Shown here in pieces: positions 1 to 13,091 of a stretch of DNA of 64,000 bases (position 1 is its first letter; each line of letters starts with the position of its first letter). Position numbers and translations under genes: made by a program. This DNA is from Scenedesmus sp. PABB004 (lineage: Eukaryota): the NCBI GenBank assembly GCA_014905635.1, contig JABVCE010000011.1:1116001-1180000 (forward strand), written 5' to 3'. The notes below the pieces were generated by a model. The model searched no databases. It saw only the letters and a program-made list of their open reading frames with translations, and was not told the origin of the DNA.

Positions 1-107
1 CTGCCGCTGGCAGCTCCGCCACGCCCTCCGCTGCCGCTGCTGGCGGCGCCGCCGCGCCCGGCGCCCGCCGCCCTGCCCGACTCTCGCCCGCCGCGCCCCG
101 CCGCCAG

Positions 108-618
108 CTCGCGGTCGCCGGCGACGCCGAGGCGATGGTGCGGGTGAGCCACATGCTGCTCAGCGGTTACGGCACGCGCCAGGACGCGAGCGCGGCGGCG
201 ACGTGGATGCGGCAGGCGTGGTGCGCGCCCCGCCGCGCACGCTCGCGGCGCTCGGCGCGGCGGCGCGGCTGCTGGCCGCCGTCACGGAACTCGCCGGACC
301 GCGCCCCGTCGCAGGGCGATACAGAACTACAGGGAGCCGGCGCAGCTGCACGACATGCTCGACGTGCGGGACTCGGCCATTCCGGCGCTGAACGAGGCGG
401 CGAGCGGCGAGCGGCCGGCGGCGCGGCACGGCCAGGCCGCGGCGGCGGTGGCGGCGGCGGCGGCGGCGGCTGCTGCAGGCGGCAGCAGCCGCCGCGGCGG
501 GCGCAGCGCTGGGGGCGGGCCTGCGAGCGGGGCGGGCGGCGGCGGCGACGGCCAGGCTGCGCAGGCCGGCGCCGGGTCGGACACGCAGGCTCAGGCGCAG
601 GCCCAGGCGCAGCAGCAG

Positions 619-682
<64 letters not shown>

Positions 683-870
683 TGGAGCAGCAGCAGGGGC
701 AAGCGCAGGCCCCACGCTGCAAGCGCCCGGCCGTGCAGCAGCAGCAGCCCCGGGCGGCGCAGCAGCGCCGCCTTGCGGCAGCGGCGGCGGGGCTCATGCA
801 GCTTCAGCAGCTGCTGCAGCAGCGAGATCAGTCCGCGGCGCTGGCGCTGCCGTCAGCGACGGTGACGTGA
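108..870 (+). CDS. 3' part of a Sel1-like-repeat protein with a poly-Gln tail (gene starts before the window)
   Basis: Exon 108-220 reads LAVAGDAEAMVRVSHMLLSGYGTRQDASAAATWMRQAW, which resembles a Sel1 repeat. A GT-AG intron spans 221-314. Exon 315-870 continues in frame (AIQNYREPAQLHDMLDV...polyQ...TVT*). Confidence 0.6.
608..694 (+). repeat. (CAG)n tract encoding poly-Gln
   Basis: Directly visible trinucleotide run inside the last exon. Confidence 0.9.
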
Positions 871-1414
871 CGCCTGGGACGGTGTCGCACCATGCTGTTA
901 ACCGTTGCTCTGGGCAAACCAACCGAGAAAACCACCAGCGTTGCAGCAGTGTGCAGTGCGAGAGTTCTGCGGGACGTCCCGTCGGGGGGGTTCCGTCGTG
1001 CGTTGGCGCGCCGTCTGCGGGGCGCCCCGGCGCCAGCGCAGGCCCCGTCCCGCGCACCGCCCTGTTCGTGCCTCAGCCGCGCCGCTCTGGCGCTGGCGGC
1101 GGCGCGGCGGTTCCCTAAACAAAGCAGGCGCCGCGGCAGGTTCGCGGGGCCGCTCGGGGCGGGCGGCGGCGCGGCGCGTCGCAGGCCCTCGCGCCGCCAC
1201 CGAGCGCCAACCGGGCACATACAAGATATTGATGTTGGGCACGGGAATCACACGTGCACGCGACCGCAAGACAGAGCGTTCGGGTTCGCACCAGTTACCG
1301 TGATTCACGCTTGGGGGGCAGACCAACGACCGAGACGGAGGACAAGCCCGCAGACCCCCACCCCAACAGCCCCGCGCCCCACGCGCCGCCCCTCCCGCGC
1401 ACGCGCGCGCCGCC

Positions 1415-2585
1415 TCACGCGACGAGCAGCACCGCGGCGGTGGAGCAGACGACCCAGCTGCCGATCGCCATGAGCAGCAGCCAGCCGGCGTAGAGCAGCA
1501 CCGAGAGCAGCACGCTCCCGCGCACGACCGCGGCCGCGGGCGTCAGCACGCGCAGCTGGTCGGCGCGGATGCCGCACTCGCAGAGCAGGAAGGAGACCTT
1601 GAGCTTCCACTCCACCAGGTAGGCCAGGAACAGCGGCACCAGCAGCGCGCCAAAGGTATGCAGGAAGAGCACGCTCGCCAGCAGCGCCGCGTCGGGCGGC
1701 AGCGCGAGGCGCCACACGTCCATCGCGGGCGAGAGCGCGCCGAAGAAGCCGGCCATGACCTGCTCAAAGCCCCAGTGCAGCGCGGCGCTGAGCGCGCGCA
1801 GGCCCGCGTCGCCGGCGCGCGGGAGCGCCGCCGCGACGCTCAGTCCCTGCGCCGCCGTGCTGAGCACCAGCAGCGGCGCCTGGACGGTGAAGGGCTGCTC
1901 GTGGAAGAGGACGAACTGGGCGGCGGCGGCGTGGCGGGGCGCGGCGGCGGTGAGCGGGGCGCCGGCGGCGCGGCGGGGCGGCGGCGGTGAGCGGGCGGCG
2001 GCGGGCGAGCGGGCGGGCGGGCCGCCGCCTGCGCGGGGCGCGCACCAGCAGGTGGCTCCAGAAGCCGGACGCCAGCATCATGATCGCCCCGTACGGCGCC
2101 TCCTCGCCGCCGCCGCCGCCGCCGCCGCCGCCCAGCACGCTGCCGAGCGCCGCCGCCGCGCCCGCCGCGCCCGGCACGGCCGCGCCGGCCGCGCCGAGCA
2201 GCGGCCCCCACGGCAGCAGCAGGGCGCAGTGCGCGACCTGCGCGGCCGTGAGCACCGCGCAGCGCCGCGCGGGCCAGCGCGCGGGCGCGAGGTGCATGAC
2301 CGCGAGCTGCCCCGCCGCCAGCAGCAGCCGCGCCTTGCCGACCGCGCGCTCCGCGCCCTGGAGGCTGGGCAGGACGGAGAGCCACATGACCGCGTTGCAC
2401 AGCTCGATCATGGAGTCGAGCGCCGCGAGCCGCGCCGCAACGCGCCGCGCCCAGAAGCGGCGCTCCAGCTCCGGCGGGCTGATCGTCAGCGCCGCGCCCA
2501 GGCTGCCCGCGTCCGAGGCGCTGGAGTTGGAGCCGTCGCTGCCGCTGCCGCCCGGGTCGGGGTAGCCGGCGGCGTGCTGCGCCAT
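1415..2585 (-). CDS. Hypothetical multi-pass membrane protein, 2 exons
   Basis: ATG at 2585 (MAQHAAGYPD...). An intron at ~2045-1916 joins ...FWSHLL to FVLFHEQPFTVQAPLL in frame. Several hydrophobic segments are present, and the stop is at 1415. Confidence 0.6.
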
Positions 2586-2877
2586 GGCGCCGCCGGCGCT
2601 GCCGCCGCTGCTGCTGCCGCTGCTGCTGCTGCGCCCACCGCGCCGCGTCGCTGCAGCCGCCGCGGCGTGATCGAGGCAATCAATGCTCGCAGAGGCGATC
2701 CGGGCAGAGCTGGCCAGCTGGCTGCGCGCAGAGTCGGCCAAGGTCGAGGAACGCGCGCCTACTCACTCGCCTACATTCGCTCCCTCGCGCCGCGGGCTGC
2801 CCTGCGCGCGCCCGCTGTACGCTGAGCGAGCGGCGCCTGCGCAGGGGCGCGGCACCACGCTGTTACGCCCCCGGGGC

Positions 2878-4885
2878 TCAAGGCGCTGCGCCGCCGCCGC
2901 TCGCCGCGCCCGCGCCGTCGATGCCGAGCGCGGCCAGCGCGAGCGCCACCGCGTCGCCGGCGGTGCCCCAGGCGAGCGTGAGCCCGCTGCCGCCGTGGCC
3001 GTAGACCGAGACGACCGGCAGCGCCCGCAGCGGGCCAGGGTCGGCGAGCCCCGCCGCCGCCGCGCCGGCCGCGAGCTCGGCCGGCGAGAGCGTCTCGGCC
3101 TGCACCCGCAGCTGCACGCGGCCCGGGCGAAGGCCGACCCAGTTGTCGAGCACCTCGGCGTGCCGCAAGGAGGGGATGACCTGCATCGCCCGGTCTGCGA
3201 TCATGTCGGCGTCTGTCAGGCTCGTCGCCGTGTCGGCGCAGCCCACCTGCCCCGTGCCGCCGAGCACCACCCACTCCCTGCGGCGGCGGGGGCGCGAGCG
3301 CGGGCGAGCGCGCGTGGCCGGGCGCGCAACGCCTCGGCCGCGGCGCCGCCGCGCGCCGACGCCCGGCCGCCGTCAAAGCGCCGCCCGCGCGCCCTCCAGC
3401 AACGCAGTCCCCCTCCCCCCTCCCCCGCCGCCAGCACTCGACGCTCACCGGTTTGGAATCACGTACGAGCACTCGTCCACGAAGTGGGCAAAGGTGCACT
3501 GGCTCACCCAGGGTGCGCGGACGCGCATGATCTGCCCCCGGATGGCAAAGACCAGCGGGTCCGGCGCGAGCGTGCCCGCGCCTGCAGAGCGGCGGCGGCG
3601 GCGGCGGGCGGCGCCGGGTCGCTCGCTGTGGGCGAGCTGCGGCCCGGGCGCGGGGCGGCGCGCTTCGGCTGGCGAGCGCGCGCGCACCGAGGCCCGTGGC
3701 GTTGATCGCGAGGTCCCACGGCTCGGCCGCGAGCTCGGCGAGGGAGGCGAGCCGGCGCTGCACAAACTGCGCGCCCGCGGCCGCGAGCCTGTCCGACAGC
3801 CATCGCATGTAGAGCCGCCCCTCGCACACGACCTGGGCGCCGGCGCCGCGGCGCGCGCGCGCGCGCGTGAGGGGCCGCTCCAGCCGGGCGACGGGGGCTG
3901 GTGGCGCGGCGCGGCCTGCGGGGCCGGGTCGGGACGGGGTCGGCGGCGCACCGTGTTGAACGCGTAGCCATCTTCGAACGCCGCCGCGCTCTCGGCGGCC
4001 GTGAACGAGTCGATGCTGCCGTCGCCAGGCGCGCCGCCAGCGCCGCCGGCCGCGCCCGCCGCGGCCGCGGCGGCCTGGATGGCCGGCCAGTCGACGGGGC
4101 CGGAGAAAAGCTCCAGCTCGCGGCGTTCGAGGCGTCGGAAGCCGTGCACGGTCTGCGCCCAGAAGGGGTCGGGCTCGGGGCCGAGGAAGAGGCTCGACGC
4201 GTGGCAGAGCTGCACGCCCGCGTCGACGGCGTCCGCGCTGTGCACGAGGCGCGTGAGGTGCTCAAACGTCTTGCCCGCCCACCTGCGGGCGCGCCGCGCC
4301 GTCGGCGCCCGGACACCGCGCGTCGCGCGGCGGCGGCGGCGCGGAGCCCACGCCCGCGCCCGCGCGCCGGCGGCCGCCGCCGCACCGGTTGACCAGCGCC
4401 TCGGGCGTTTCGCTCAACTTGTACGGCATCCAAACCCCCGCCGCGCCGGCCGAGGTGAGGTCGCTGCCAAAGGCGTCCGCCAGCACGGTGACGCGCGCTC
4501 GCGGCAGCGCGTCCAGCAGGCGCGCGGCGGTCGTGAGGCCCGCCACGCCCGCGCCGACCACCGCCACGCGCGGCGCGTCTGTCGGCGGCTTGCGCGCGGC
4601 GCCGGCGCCAGACGGCGGCGCCCGCGCCGCGGGCTGCGACCTGAAGCTGCTGCGCCGCATGCCCGCGAGCGTGGATGGCGAGGGCGCGCCGCCGCTGCCG
4701 CTGGTGCCGCTGGTGCCGCTGGTGCCGCTGGTGCCGCTGGTGCCGCTGCTGCCGCCGGCCGCAGCGGCCGCGGCGGCGCTCCGTGACCGCGCGGCTGGGC
4801 GCAGCATCATCGCAGCGTTGCTGCTGCCGCCGGCCGCAGCGGCCGCGGCGGCGCTCCGTGACCGCGCGTCTGGGCGCAGCAGCAT
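2878..4885 (-). CDS. DAO: D-amino acid/D-aspartate oxidase family FAD oxidoreductase, multi-exon
   Basis: Motifs RVAVVGAGVAGLTTA (FAD binding), TSAGAAGVWMPY, IRGQIMRVRAPW, WVGLRPGR and YGHGGSGLTLAWGTA. The start could be 4885, 4810 or 4660. Confidence 0.88.
4701..4885. repeat. 66-bp direct duplication (4745-4810 / 4820-4885) plus (CTGGTGCCG)x5
   Basis: Read directly. It encodes two copies of [22 protein letters not shown] and GTS repeats at the DAO N-terminus. Confidence 0.85.
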
Positions 4886-5206
4886 GACAGCGTCGGCTCC
4901 AGGCGTGGCGCAGGGCAGGCCTCACTCTACGCCGCCCGCAGCAGCGTGAGCGCTGTCGGGCAGCGCGCGATCGATCGCCGCCGCAGCCACGTCCCGGCGG
5001 TCTGGCCAGCTGCGTCGGCTTCCACGACTGTCTGACGCCGGTGTCGGAGGAGCGGCGGGGTGCCCGCACAACCGCAACCGCTTGCGCGCCCGCTCCGTCG
5101 CCGCCGGCGCGCCGCCGCAGACCGGCCGGCGCCGCCGCGGATACGGAGACAGCGCGCCCGGTGGCAGCGCGCCCGGTGGCAGCGCGTGCGGCAGCAGGGG
5201 GCCGCG

Positions 5207-8200
5207 ATGCTGCACGCCGCGCCGCCGCCGCTGTTCCGGGCGGTCGCGGACGCCACGCAGCCCAGCGGCGCCCCCAGCGCGGCCTCGCAGCGATCGCTGC
5301 AGGTGAGGATGCCGCCGGCGCGCCCCTGCTGCTCGCCGCCACGGCGCCGCGCCGCGCCCGACGCCGCTGTCGCGCGCCGCCCGCCAGGGCTACCTGTCCG
5401 ACGAGCGCTGCGTGGACGCCGTGTACCGGGCCGTCCTGGCGCGCGCCTGCGCGGAGCCACAGAGGTGCGGGCTGGCCGCCGCGCCACGCGCTGCTCGCGC
5501 GCCCGCCGCCGCGCGCCGCCCGCCACCGCGCGCCACCCGCGCCGCGCCGCGCGCTGCTGCGCAGTGAGGCGGTGATTGCCAGGTGCATCGCGCTCATCAA
5601 GCAGCACATACCCCGGTGCGGCGGCGGCGGTTGGTTGCGCCGGCAACCGCGCTGGTTGCGCAGGAGGCGGCGCCGGCCGCTGCACGCCCCCCAACGGCCG
5701 CGCCCCGCGCCTCAGGCACCTGCCCTCGCCGCCGGTGCTGGAGGCGGTCGCAGCCGCGTGCCAGCGCCTGGCCGCGACGCTGCCGCCAGGGTCGGGTGCG
5801 TGGCAGCGGCGTGCGCTTGGGCCAGCTGGCGGCGCTCCCCCCGCCAGCCGCGCCCGCGCTGACCTCGCCGCTCGCGCGCGCCCGCCGCGGCAGCCCTGCT
5901 CAAGAGCCTGGCCTATCTGGAGGCCTCAGTCGAGCGGCTGGGGGGCGGCGGTGACGCCCTGCGAGGTCACCCTGGCACGCAGGAGCAGCAGCAGCGGCAG
6001 CAGCAGCAGCAGCCCAGGTGCGCGCAGCGGCAGGGCACGCGAGCCGCGCTGACCTGCCGTGATTTGGGAGGAGCTGGCCGCCTCACAAGCGCGCCCCGCC
6101 CCGCATGCTGCCCCGACCACAGCGGCTCGCCGCGGCCGCTGCTGCAGGCGGCCATCAACGGCAGCGCCAGCCGTGGGCGCGCCGGCGGCGGCGGCGGCGG
6201 CGGGCACAGCGTGCAGAGCAGCGCGTCCGAGGAGCAGGGCCGGGCGTTTTGCCAGACCTCGCCCGACGAGGCGCCCAGCGGCGCACAGCTGCAGCGCGAG
6301 CAGCTGTTGGAGGGCGATGAGAGCGATGCAGGCTGGGAAGGCGAGCTGCTGCGGGAGGCCGTGCGCGTGGTGGGGCCAGAGGTGGGTGCGGGCTGCCGCC
6401 CTGCTCCGCAGCGGCAAAAGCCGGCGCCGGCGCCGGCCGCAGCCGCGCGCGGCGCGCGCGCCCACGCTCTGCCGCCGCCGCCCGCGCGCAGCCGCGCCCG
6501 CCCGCGTGGAGCTACCCGCCGAGTGCGCTGCAGGAGCTCTGGGCGGCGCACCTCGACGCGGAGCAGGGCGAGCTGGAGCTGGACTGGTCGCTGCTGCTGC
6601 CGCACCTCAGCCCGAGCCTCGTGCCGCTGGTGGAGGGTGCGGCGCGCGGGTCGCCGGCGCCGGCCGCCGCCGGCTTCCCGGGGCGCCCCGCGCCCACGGG
6701 CGCCGCTGCCTGCCTGCCGCCGCCAGGCCTGCCGGGCATGGAGGCGCTGGACATGCTCAGCAGCCAGGACATCGTCGCCAGCATCACAGGCGCGGAGCGG
6801 CCGCGCCGCCGGCGCCGTCGCACGCTGCCGGCCGCGGGCCCCTCCTCCGCGCCGCCGCCGGCTCCGAGCCGGCGCGCCCGCCGCCGCGCCCCGCCGCAGA
6901 CGCTGACGTCGCGACGCAGCTGCGGCAGCTGCGTGAGATCGCCGAAGTGCGGCGAATGCAGGTGCGGCGCGCCCGCACGCGCCTGCGGCCGCGCCGCCGC
7001 GGCGCTGCCAGCCAGCCAGCCTGCGCTCACGGCCCTCCGTCCCGCGAGCGTCGCAGGCCGGCGTGACGCCGGAGCTGCTCGCCGCAGCGGCGGCGCGCGC
7101 GTGCGGGCGGCGCGCGCGGCGGCTCTTCCAGCCGCAGCCCTACCTCGCGCAGGAGCACATGGCCGTCGCGCCAAGCGACGTCGCCGCGGTCGTCGAGGTG
7201 CTGTGCGGCAAGCCCAGCCCCGCGGCGCCGTCGGCGATCAGCGGGGCGGTGGGGCTCGAGGACCCACGCGCCTATTGGGCGGCGCCGCCGGCGCAGCCGC
7301 TGCCCGGCGGCGGGCCCGGCGGCGCGGCGCCGGTGCTGCTGCACAGCGAGAGCATGGGCCAGATCAGCGCGTGCGTGCTCATCAAGCTCCTGGTCGACCT
7401 CTGGCGCGCCGCGGGCGGCGCGGCCGCGTTTGCGCTCGCGCTGCGCCTGCTGCAGCAGGCGCTGTACCAGGTGCAGCCGGAGTACCGCGCGGCCGCGTTT
7501 GACATCATCTACAACCTGTCCCTCCACGGCGCGCTGCTCAGCCCGCCGCCGGGCGCGCCGCGCGGCGGCCAGCGCGGCGGCGGCGGTGGGACGCCGAAGC
7601 AGCAGCAGCAGCAACAGCGCGCCGCGGCGGCGGCATACCAGCAGGGCCTCGCGCAGCTCGCGGCGCTGCAGCGGGCGCCGCCGAACGCGGCCGCGGACGC
7701 CGGGGGGCAGGGCGGCGACGCGGCAACGCAGGACTCGCCGCCGCGCTCGCCGCGCATCCACCTGCCGCCGCAGCTGCTGGGCAGCCCGCAGCAGAGCTCG
7801 CCGTGGGTCGGTGCCGGAGGCGGCGGCGGCGGCGGCGGCGGCGGCTCGCCGCTCGGGTCGCCCAGGGCCCGCAGCCGGCTGTCGCGCACGGAGCTGCGCT
7901 TCAGTGCAGAGCCGCAGCCGGGCGGCGCGCCGGACGACGTCGACGACGAGGGCCAGGCAGCGGCGGCGGCGCCGGGGGACGAGCCCGCCGCGGCGCCCCA
8001 GTGGGGCAGCACCGGTGGCGCCGTCGGCGAGCAGCTGGAGGCGGCAGCGGCGAGCGCTGAGGCGCTGCTGCCGGTGGAGCTGGCGTGGGAGGCGTGGCTG
8101 CAGCAGCTGCTGTATGAGCTGCTGCTCATGCTGGCCACGGTGCGCGCAGTGGACGCTGCGGCTGTGGCGGCTGCGGCAGCGGCAGGGGCGGCGGCGGGGG

Positions 8201-11171
8201 CACCAGCCGGCTGGGGCGCCGCGCCGCGCTCACGCCGGCCGCGCGCCGCGCGCCCGCAGGTTGAGGAGCCGTGCGAAGCGGTGTGGCAGGCAGCGCTGGG
8301 CTGCCTGCTGCAGCTCACCACGCACGCGGGCCACTGGGTCGCGGCCAGCCTCACCACGCTGCCGCCGGCGGCCGCGGCGGCGCTGCTGGACGCGGCGGTG
8401 GCGTTCAACTGGTCGCCGGAGCTGCATGCGCGGCTGGTACAGATGGCGGTCAACGTCCTGTACGTCACAGATGCCCCCGGCGTCGGCGAGAGCGCAGCAG
8501 CAGGTCCAGCAGCAGCAGCGATGGCAGCGGCGCGCAGCGGCTCGCCGTCGTGGCGGCGCGCATGCTCGCCCGCCAACAGGCGCCGGCGGCGGCGGGCGCC
8601 GCCACCGCCGGGCGGCGCCGACGGCAGCGACGGCGCCAGCAGCGACGCCGGCAGCAGCAGCGGCAGCGACGCAGGCGGCGCGGAGGCCCCGCAGGCGCCG
8701 GAGCTTGACCTGCCTTGCCAGCTGCACGCCGGCCCCGTGGACGAGCAGCAGCTCGCCGCGTTTGGGGGCCCGGCCAAGCTTCTCAAGCACTTCCTGGCCG
8801 CCGCGAGCATGGAGGCGCAGCGCACGCTGCTGGTGCCGCTGCTGCAGGTGCTCATGCCCCGGCACGCCCCCGACGCGGCGCAGCTCGCGGCGCTGCAGGT
8901 GCTGTGCGCGAGCGCGAGCGCGCTCGCCGCGCTGCAGGCGGCGCTGGCGTCGGGCCTGCCCGGCTGGGCGGGGTCGGTGCTGGGCGCGGTGCGCCAGCTC
9001 GCCGCGGGCGAGCAGGAGCTGGACCTGGAGGTGCTGGGCAGCGTGCTGCGGGCGCTCGAGGCGCTGGGCGTAGCGCACGGCCACGCCGGCGACACGCTGG
9101 CCGCGGGCTGGGAGCACGCGCCAGCGGCGGCGGCGCCGCCGCAGCCGGGCGCCAGCGGCGACGGCCGCCCCAGCGGTGCCGGCGCGCCGGCGGCCGGCCT
9201 CGGCGGCGGCGTGCCGCCCGAGGTCGAGTGCGCCATGGCCGTGACGCTGCAGCAGCTCGCTGGCCGCCTGCCGGCGCAGCCGCAGGCGCGGCCCGGCGGC
9301 GGCGCCGGCGCTGGTGGCGGCGCGCCCGCGGTGGTGTACCACATGCCCCCCGAGGTGCAGGCCTCCTGGCGCGCGCTCCGGGCGCTGTGCTGGTGCGACG
9401 ACGAGCTTGCGCGCCGCGTGGCGCGGCAGTGGCTGCAGCAGCTGCTTGCGCTGACGCTGCAGCAGTCGCTCAAGGTGCGCGGCCGCGCGGCGGCGCGCGT
9501 CCCGGGCCGGCAGCGGGCGGGCACACCCCGGGTCGCCCGGCCGCGCTGGCGCCCGCCCACCGCCGCGCCCTCCGCCGCGCCGCTGCGCGCGCCCAGGGCA
9601 CCATCCTGCTGCCGCTGCCGGGCGTGACGCAGCGGCCGCCCACGGCGCCCGACGCCGGCGCGGGCTCGCCGACCGGGGCGTGGCGGGCGCCGCCGCCGCG
9701 GCCGCGCGCGCGGCGGTCATCGCGGCGTGCGGCTCGTGGGTGGAGCTGCTGGCGCAGCTGGTCGGCCACTGCCCGCGCGGCCCCGACACGCTCGTGGACG
9801 CGCTGGCGCTGCACATCGCGTGCTGCAAGCTTCAGCTCGACGGCGCCGCGCTCGCGAGCTGCCCCGCCGCGTCGGCGGGCTCGCTCTCGGCGGCCGCCGC
9901 CGTCACGGAGGCCGCGATGCCCGCGGGCGTCGCGGCGGGCGCCGGCGGCGCGGCGCGCGCAGCGCAGGCGCAGCGCGCCGCCGTCGCGCGCGTGTGCGTG
10001 CAGGGCTGGGCGTTCGTGTGCCAGTGGGCGATGCAGGCCCGGCCCGCGGCGAGCCAGGCGGCGCTCACGCGCCTCGCGAGCATGGCGCAGAGCCTGGCGT
10101 GCGTGCCCGAGGTGCCCGACTGGCTGCCGCCGGAGCCCGCCGGCTTTGCCGCCGCGGACGGCGCCGCCGGCGGCCACGCCGCGGCGCCAGGGCGGCCGCC
10201 GCCGCAGCCGCAGCAGCTCGACGGCCCCGCGCCGTTCAACGCGCCCGAGCTCGCCGGCGAGGCGAGCAGGGAGGACGGCGAGGGGGGCTATCGGGGCGTG
10301 CCGCCCCCCGAGCCGAGCAGTGAGCCGTCGGCCCTCGCGGCGCTGCTGGCGGCGGAGGGCCGCAGCGGCGGCGGCGGCGCGCGCGGGGGCGGCGCCTGGG
10401 GCGCCGAGGCGGTGTGCTGGCCGCAGGCGTTCCTGCTGGGCCGCGCGCTGCTGCCGCAGGTGGGCTGCGCGGCGCGGGCGCCGCGCAGCAGGCGGCGCCT
10501 GCTGCAGCAGCCGGCGCACCGCGCCCGCTCACGCGCCCGGCCCGCCGCCGCGCCGCGGGCGCGCAGCAAATGGCGCAGGTCTTGTCGGGGGCGTCGCTCG
10601 CGCTGCTGCTGGTGCGGCTGCTGCAGTGCAAGCAGCCGCAGTGCGCCGCCGACCGGGGCTTCCTTGGCCGCCCCGCCAGCGCCGCCGCGCTGCCGCTGGC
10701 CGGCGGCGGTGCCAGCGGCGACGGCGGGGCCGGGGAGCCCGCGCCCGGCGGGCCGCTGCCGTGCCCGCTGCTGTACCCCTGGTCGGACGGGCGCCAGGAC
10801 CTGCTGCTCGCACTGCTGCTCGCGCTGCTCAGCAGCTGCGGCGGCGAGGCGCATGACATGGCTGAGTATAGCCTCGAGGCGGTCACGCAGCAGGTGCGCC
10901 CAGGCGCGCGCGCGGGCCGCCGCCGCCGCGGCCCCGCCCGCCGCCGCCGCGGCCCACACGCCCTGCCGCGGCGCCCGCGCGCGCAGGTGCTGTCGCGCTG
11001 CGGCGACCCGCGGCCCTGCCTGCTGGCGAGCCAGTTCATGCTCGGGCAGCTGCAGCGCCACCAGCGCGCGCAGTACTGGGGCGCGCTGCGCGCGCTTGTT
11101 GGTGCGGCGCAGGCGGCCGACGACGAGCGGCTGCTGGGCAACCCCTTCCTGCAGCTGGTGACGCTGCTGAC

Positions 11172-11218
<47 letters not shown>

Positions 11219-11247
11219 CAGCGGCGGCGGCTCTGCAGCTGGGCTGA
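5207..11247 (+). CDS. CLoG1 (CONDITIONAL LOSS-OF-GROWTH 1)/At3g12590-like protein, multi-exon
   Basis: Segments RLFQPQPYLAQEHMAVAPSDVAAVVEVLC, SACVLIKLLVDLW, RAAAFDIIYNLSLHGALL and C-terminal AQAADDERLLGNPFLQL match my recollection of the plant CLoG1 family. Exons around 5.9-6.5 kb are unresolved and the start is tentative. Confidence 0.68.
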
Positions 11248-11345
11248 CGCGGGCGCGCGCGTCGGGGCTCGCGGCGGGCGGCGGCCGGGTGCGCGGCCGT
11301 CCGGCGGCCGTGTAAGTGTGCGGCCGTTGCCTCGCGCGCGCCCGC

Positions 11346-12701
11346 TCACGGCTGCCCTCGCTGTGGCGCCGCGTTGCGGAAGCCCTTGGCGAACCGCTTG
11401 GCCAGCGGGAGCAGCACGTCCAGGCTCCACGCGCTCTCCACGCTGAACCCGCCGACCGCCTCGCGCCGCAGCGCGCTCAGGTGGGCGCCGCAGCCGAGCA
11501 GCGCGCCGAGGTCGTGCGCCAGCACGCGCATGCTCGCGCCCTTGCCGGCGACGACGCGGAAGTGAAGCTCCGCGCTGCGCGCGGCGGCAGCGGCGCCGCC
11601 GCTCGCGTCGCCGCCGGCGCCGTCGCCCGCCTCCGCTGCGGCGGGCTCGCCGCCGCCGCCGCCGCCGGGCAGCAGGCCGCCGCCGGCGCGCGGCGCCTCG
11701 CGCCAGACGCGGATGGAGCGGATCGTGACGGCCTTGGGCTCGCGCGCGACCTCCTCGCCGCGCTCCGCGTACCAGCGCAGCGGGCGGTTCTTGAACTTGG
11801 TGCTGCTCCACATGCACGGCACCTGCAGCACCTCGCCCTCGAAGCGCGCCGCCGCGGCGGCCAGCTCGGCGTCGCTGAGGTGCTCCCACGGCGCGGCCGC
11901 GGTGAGCTGCCCGCTCGCGTCGTACGTCGTCGTCGCCGCGCCGAGCGTGATGACGCCGCTGTAGCTGCGCTCCAGCGGCTCCAGCTTGGGCGTGAGCCGC
12001 GTCGCGGCGCCTGCGCGGGCGCGCGGGCCGGGCGGCGCAGCGCTCTCGCGCCGCCGCCGGCGGGCCGGGCCGCGCTCTCGCGCCGCCGCCGGCGGGCCGC
12101 CGCGCGGCGCGCGGCGCGGCGTGGCTCGCTCACCGAGGAGCACGATGAGCAGGCCCGTCGCGTGCGCGTCGAGCGGGCCGCCGTGGCCGACCTTGTCGGC
12201 GCGCAGCGACGCCTTGAGCTGGCGCACCACGTCGGCGCTGCTCCACCGCGCCGGCTTGTCCACGAGCAGCACCGCGTTGGCCAGCACCTGCCTGCTGAAG
12301 TGCTCTGGCAGGCGCGTGATGACGGTGGGGCGCTGCGCGGCGGCGGCCGCCGCCGCCGCGGCGAGCCGCTGCTGGCGCGGGCTCGGCGGCGGCGCGCGCG
12401 CCTCTGCGGCTGCGCGGGCGCGCGCGGCGGGGCTGTAGTCGTCGTCCCACGTCCACGCCTCCGCCGCGGCGCCGCTCAGGTAGCCCCACGCGGCCGCCTG
12501 CTGCTGTTGCTGTGCCTGCGCCTGCTGCGCCGCCGGCGGCTGCGCGGCAGCGGCAGCGGCGCCGCCGCAGCGCCGCCGCCGGCCGGCGCTGGCGCCCGGC
12601 GCTGCCAGCCCGGCGCTGCCAGCCCGGTGATGGGCGCACGGCGCTGCGCTCGCGGGCCAGGCCTGGCGGCGCAGCTGCGCCGGCCAGAGCGTGCACGCCA
12701 T
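11346..12701 (-). CDS. truB: tRNA pseudouridine(55) synthase TruB, probably organellar, 2 exons
   Basis: Motifs [53 protein letters not shown] and MRVLAHDLG...AHLSALRR. Intron at ~12133-12011. The N-terminus resembles a transit peptide. Confidence 0.9.
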   Translation of the reverse strand: MACTLWPAQLRRQAWPASAAPCAHHRAGSAGLAAPGASAGRRRRCGGAAAAAAQPPAAQQAQAQQQQQAAAWGYLSGAAAEAWTWDDDYSPAARARAAAEARAPPPSPRQQRLAAAAAAAAAQRPTVITRLPEHFSRQVLANAVLLVDKPARWSSADVVRQLKASLRADKVGHGGPLDAHATGLLIVLLGERATPRRAPRGGPPAAARERGPARRRRRESAAPPGPRARAGAATRLTPKLEPLERSYSGVITLGAATTTYDASGQLTAAAPWEHLSDAELAAAAARFEGEVLQVPCMWSSTKFKNRPLRWYAERGEEVAREPKAVTIRSIRVWREAPRAGGGLLPGGGGGGEPAAAEAGDGAGGDASGGAAAAARSAELHFRVVAGKGASMRVLAHDLGALLGCGAHLSALRREAVGGFSVESAWSLDVLLPLAKRFAKGFRNAAPQRGQP

Positions 12702-13091
12702 ATCGCGGCGCGGCCAGCAGCGGCGGCAGCGGAGCGGCCGGCGGCGGCGGCGGCGGTCGGCGCTGCTCGGGCGGGTTTCGCCGACAGGGGGCGCACTGCT
12801 GGCGGTCCGGGGGGGGTCGAGGCCCCCGGGCTCGGCTGGAAGCTTCGAGCTTCTAGACCGCGAGGTCTCCGCGCGCGCGCGCTGGCCGCGCCTGTGCTGC
12901 AGCGCCCCCGCCGAGTCCGCCCAGTCCGCGCGCGGCAGCAGGCCGCGCTCCCGCACCCGCCCGCCGCGCCCGCGCCCGCCAGCCCGCGCTCCCGCCCGCG
13001 CCGCGCCGCCGGTGCCCCACGCGCGGTTGCAGCGCGCCCTGCCGACCGGTCGCGGTCCCCCGCGACTCTCCAGGCCGCGCCGCGGGCCGCC

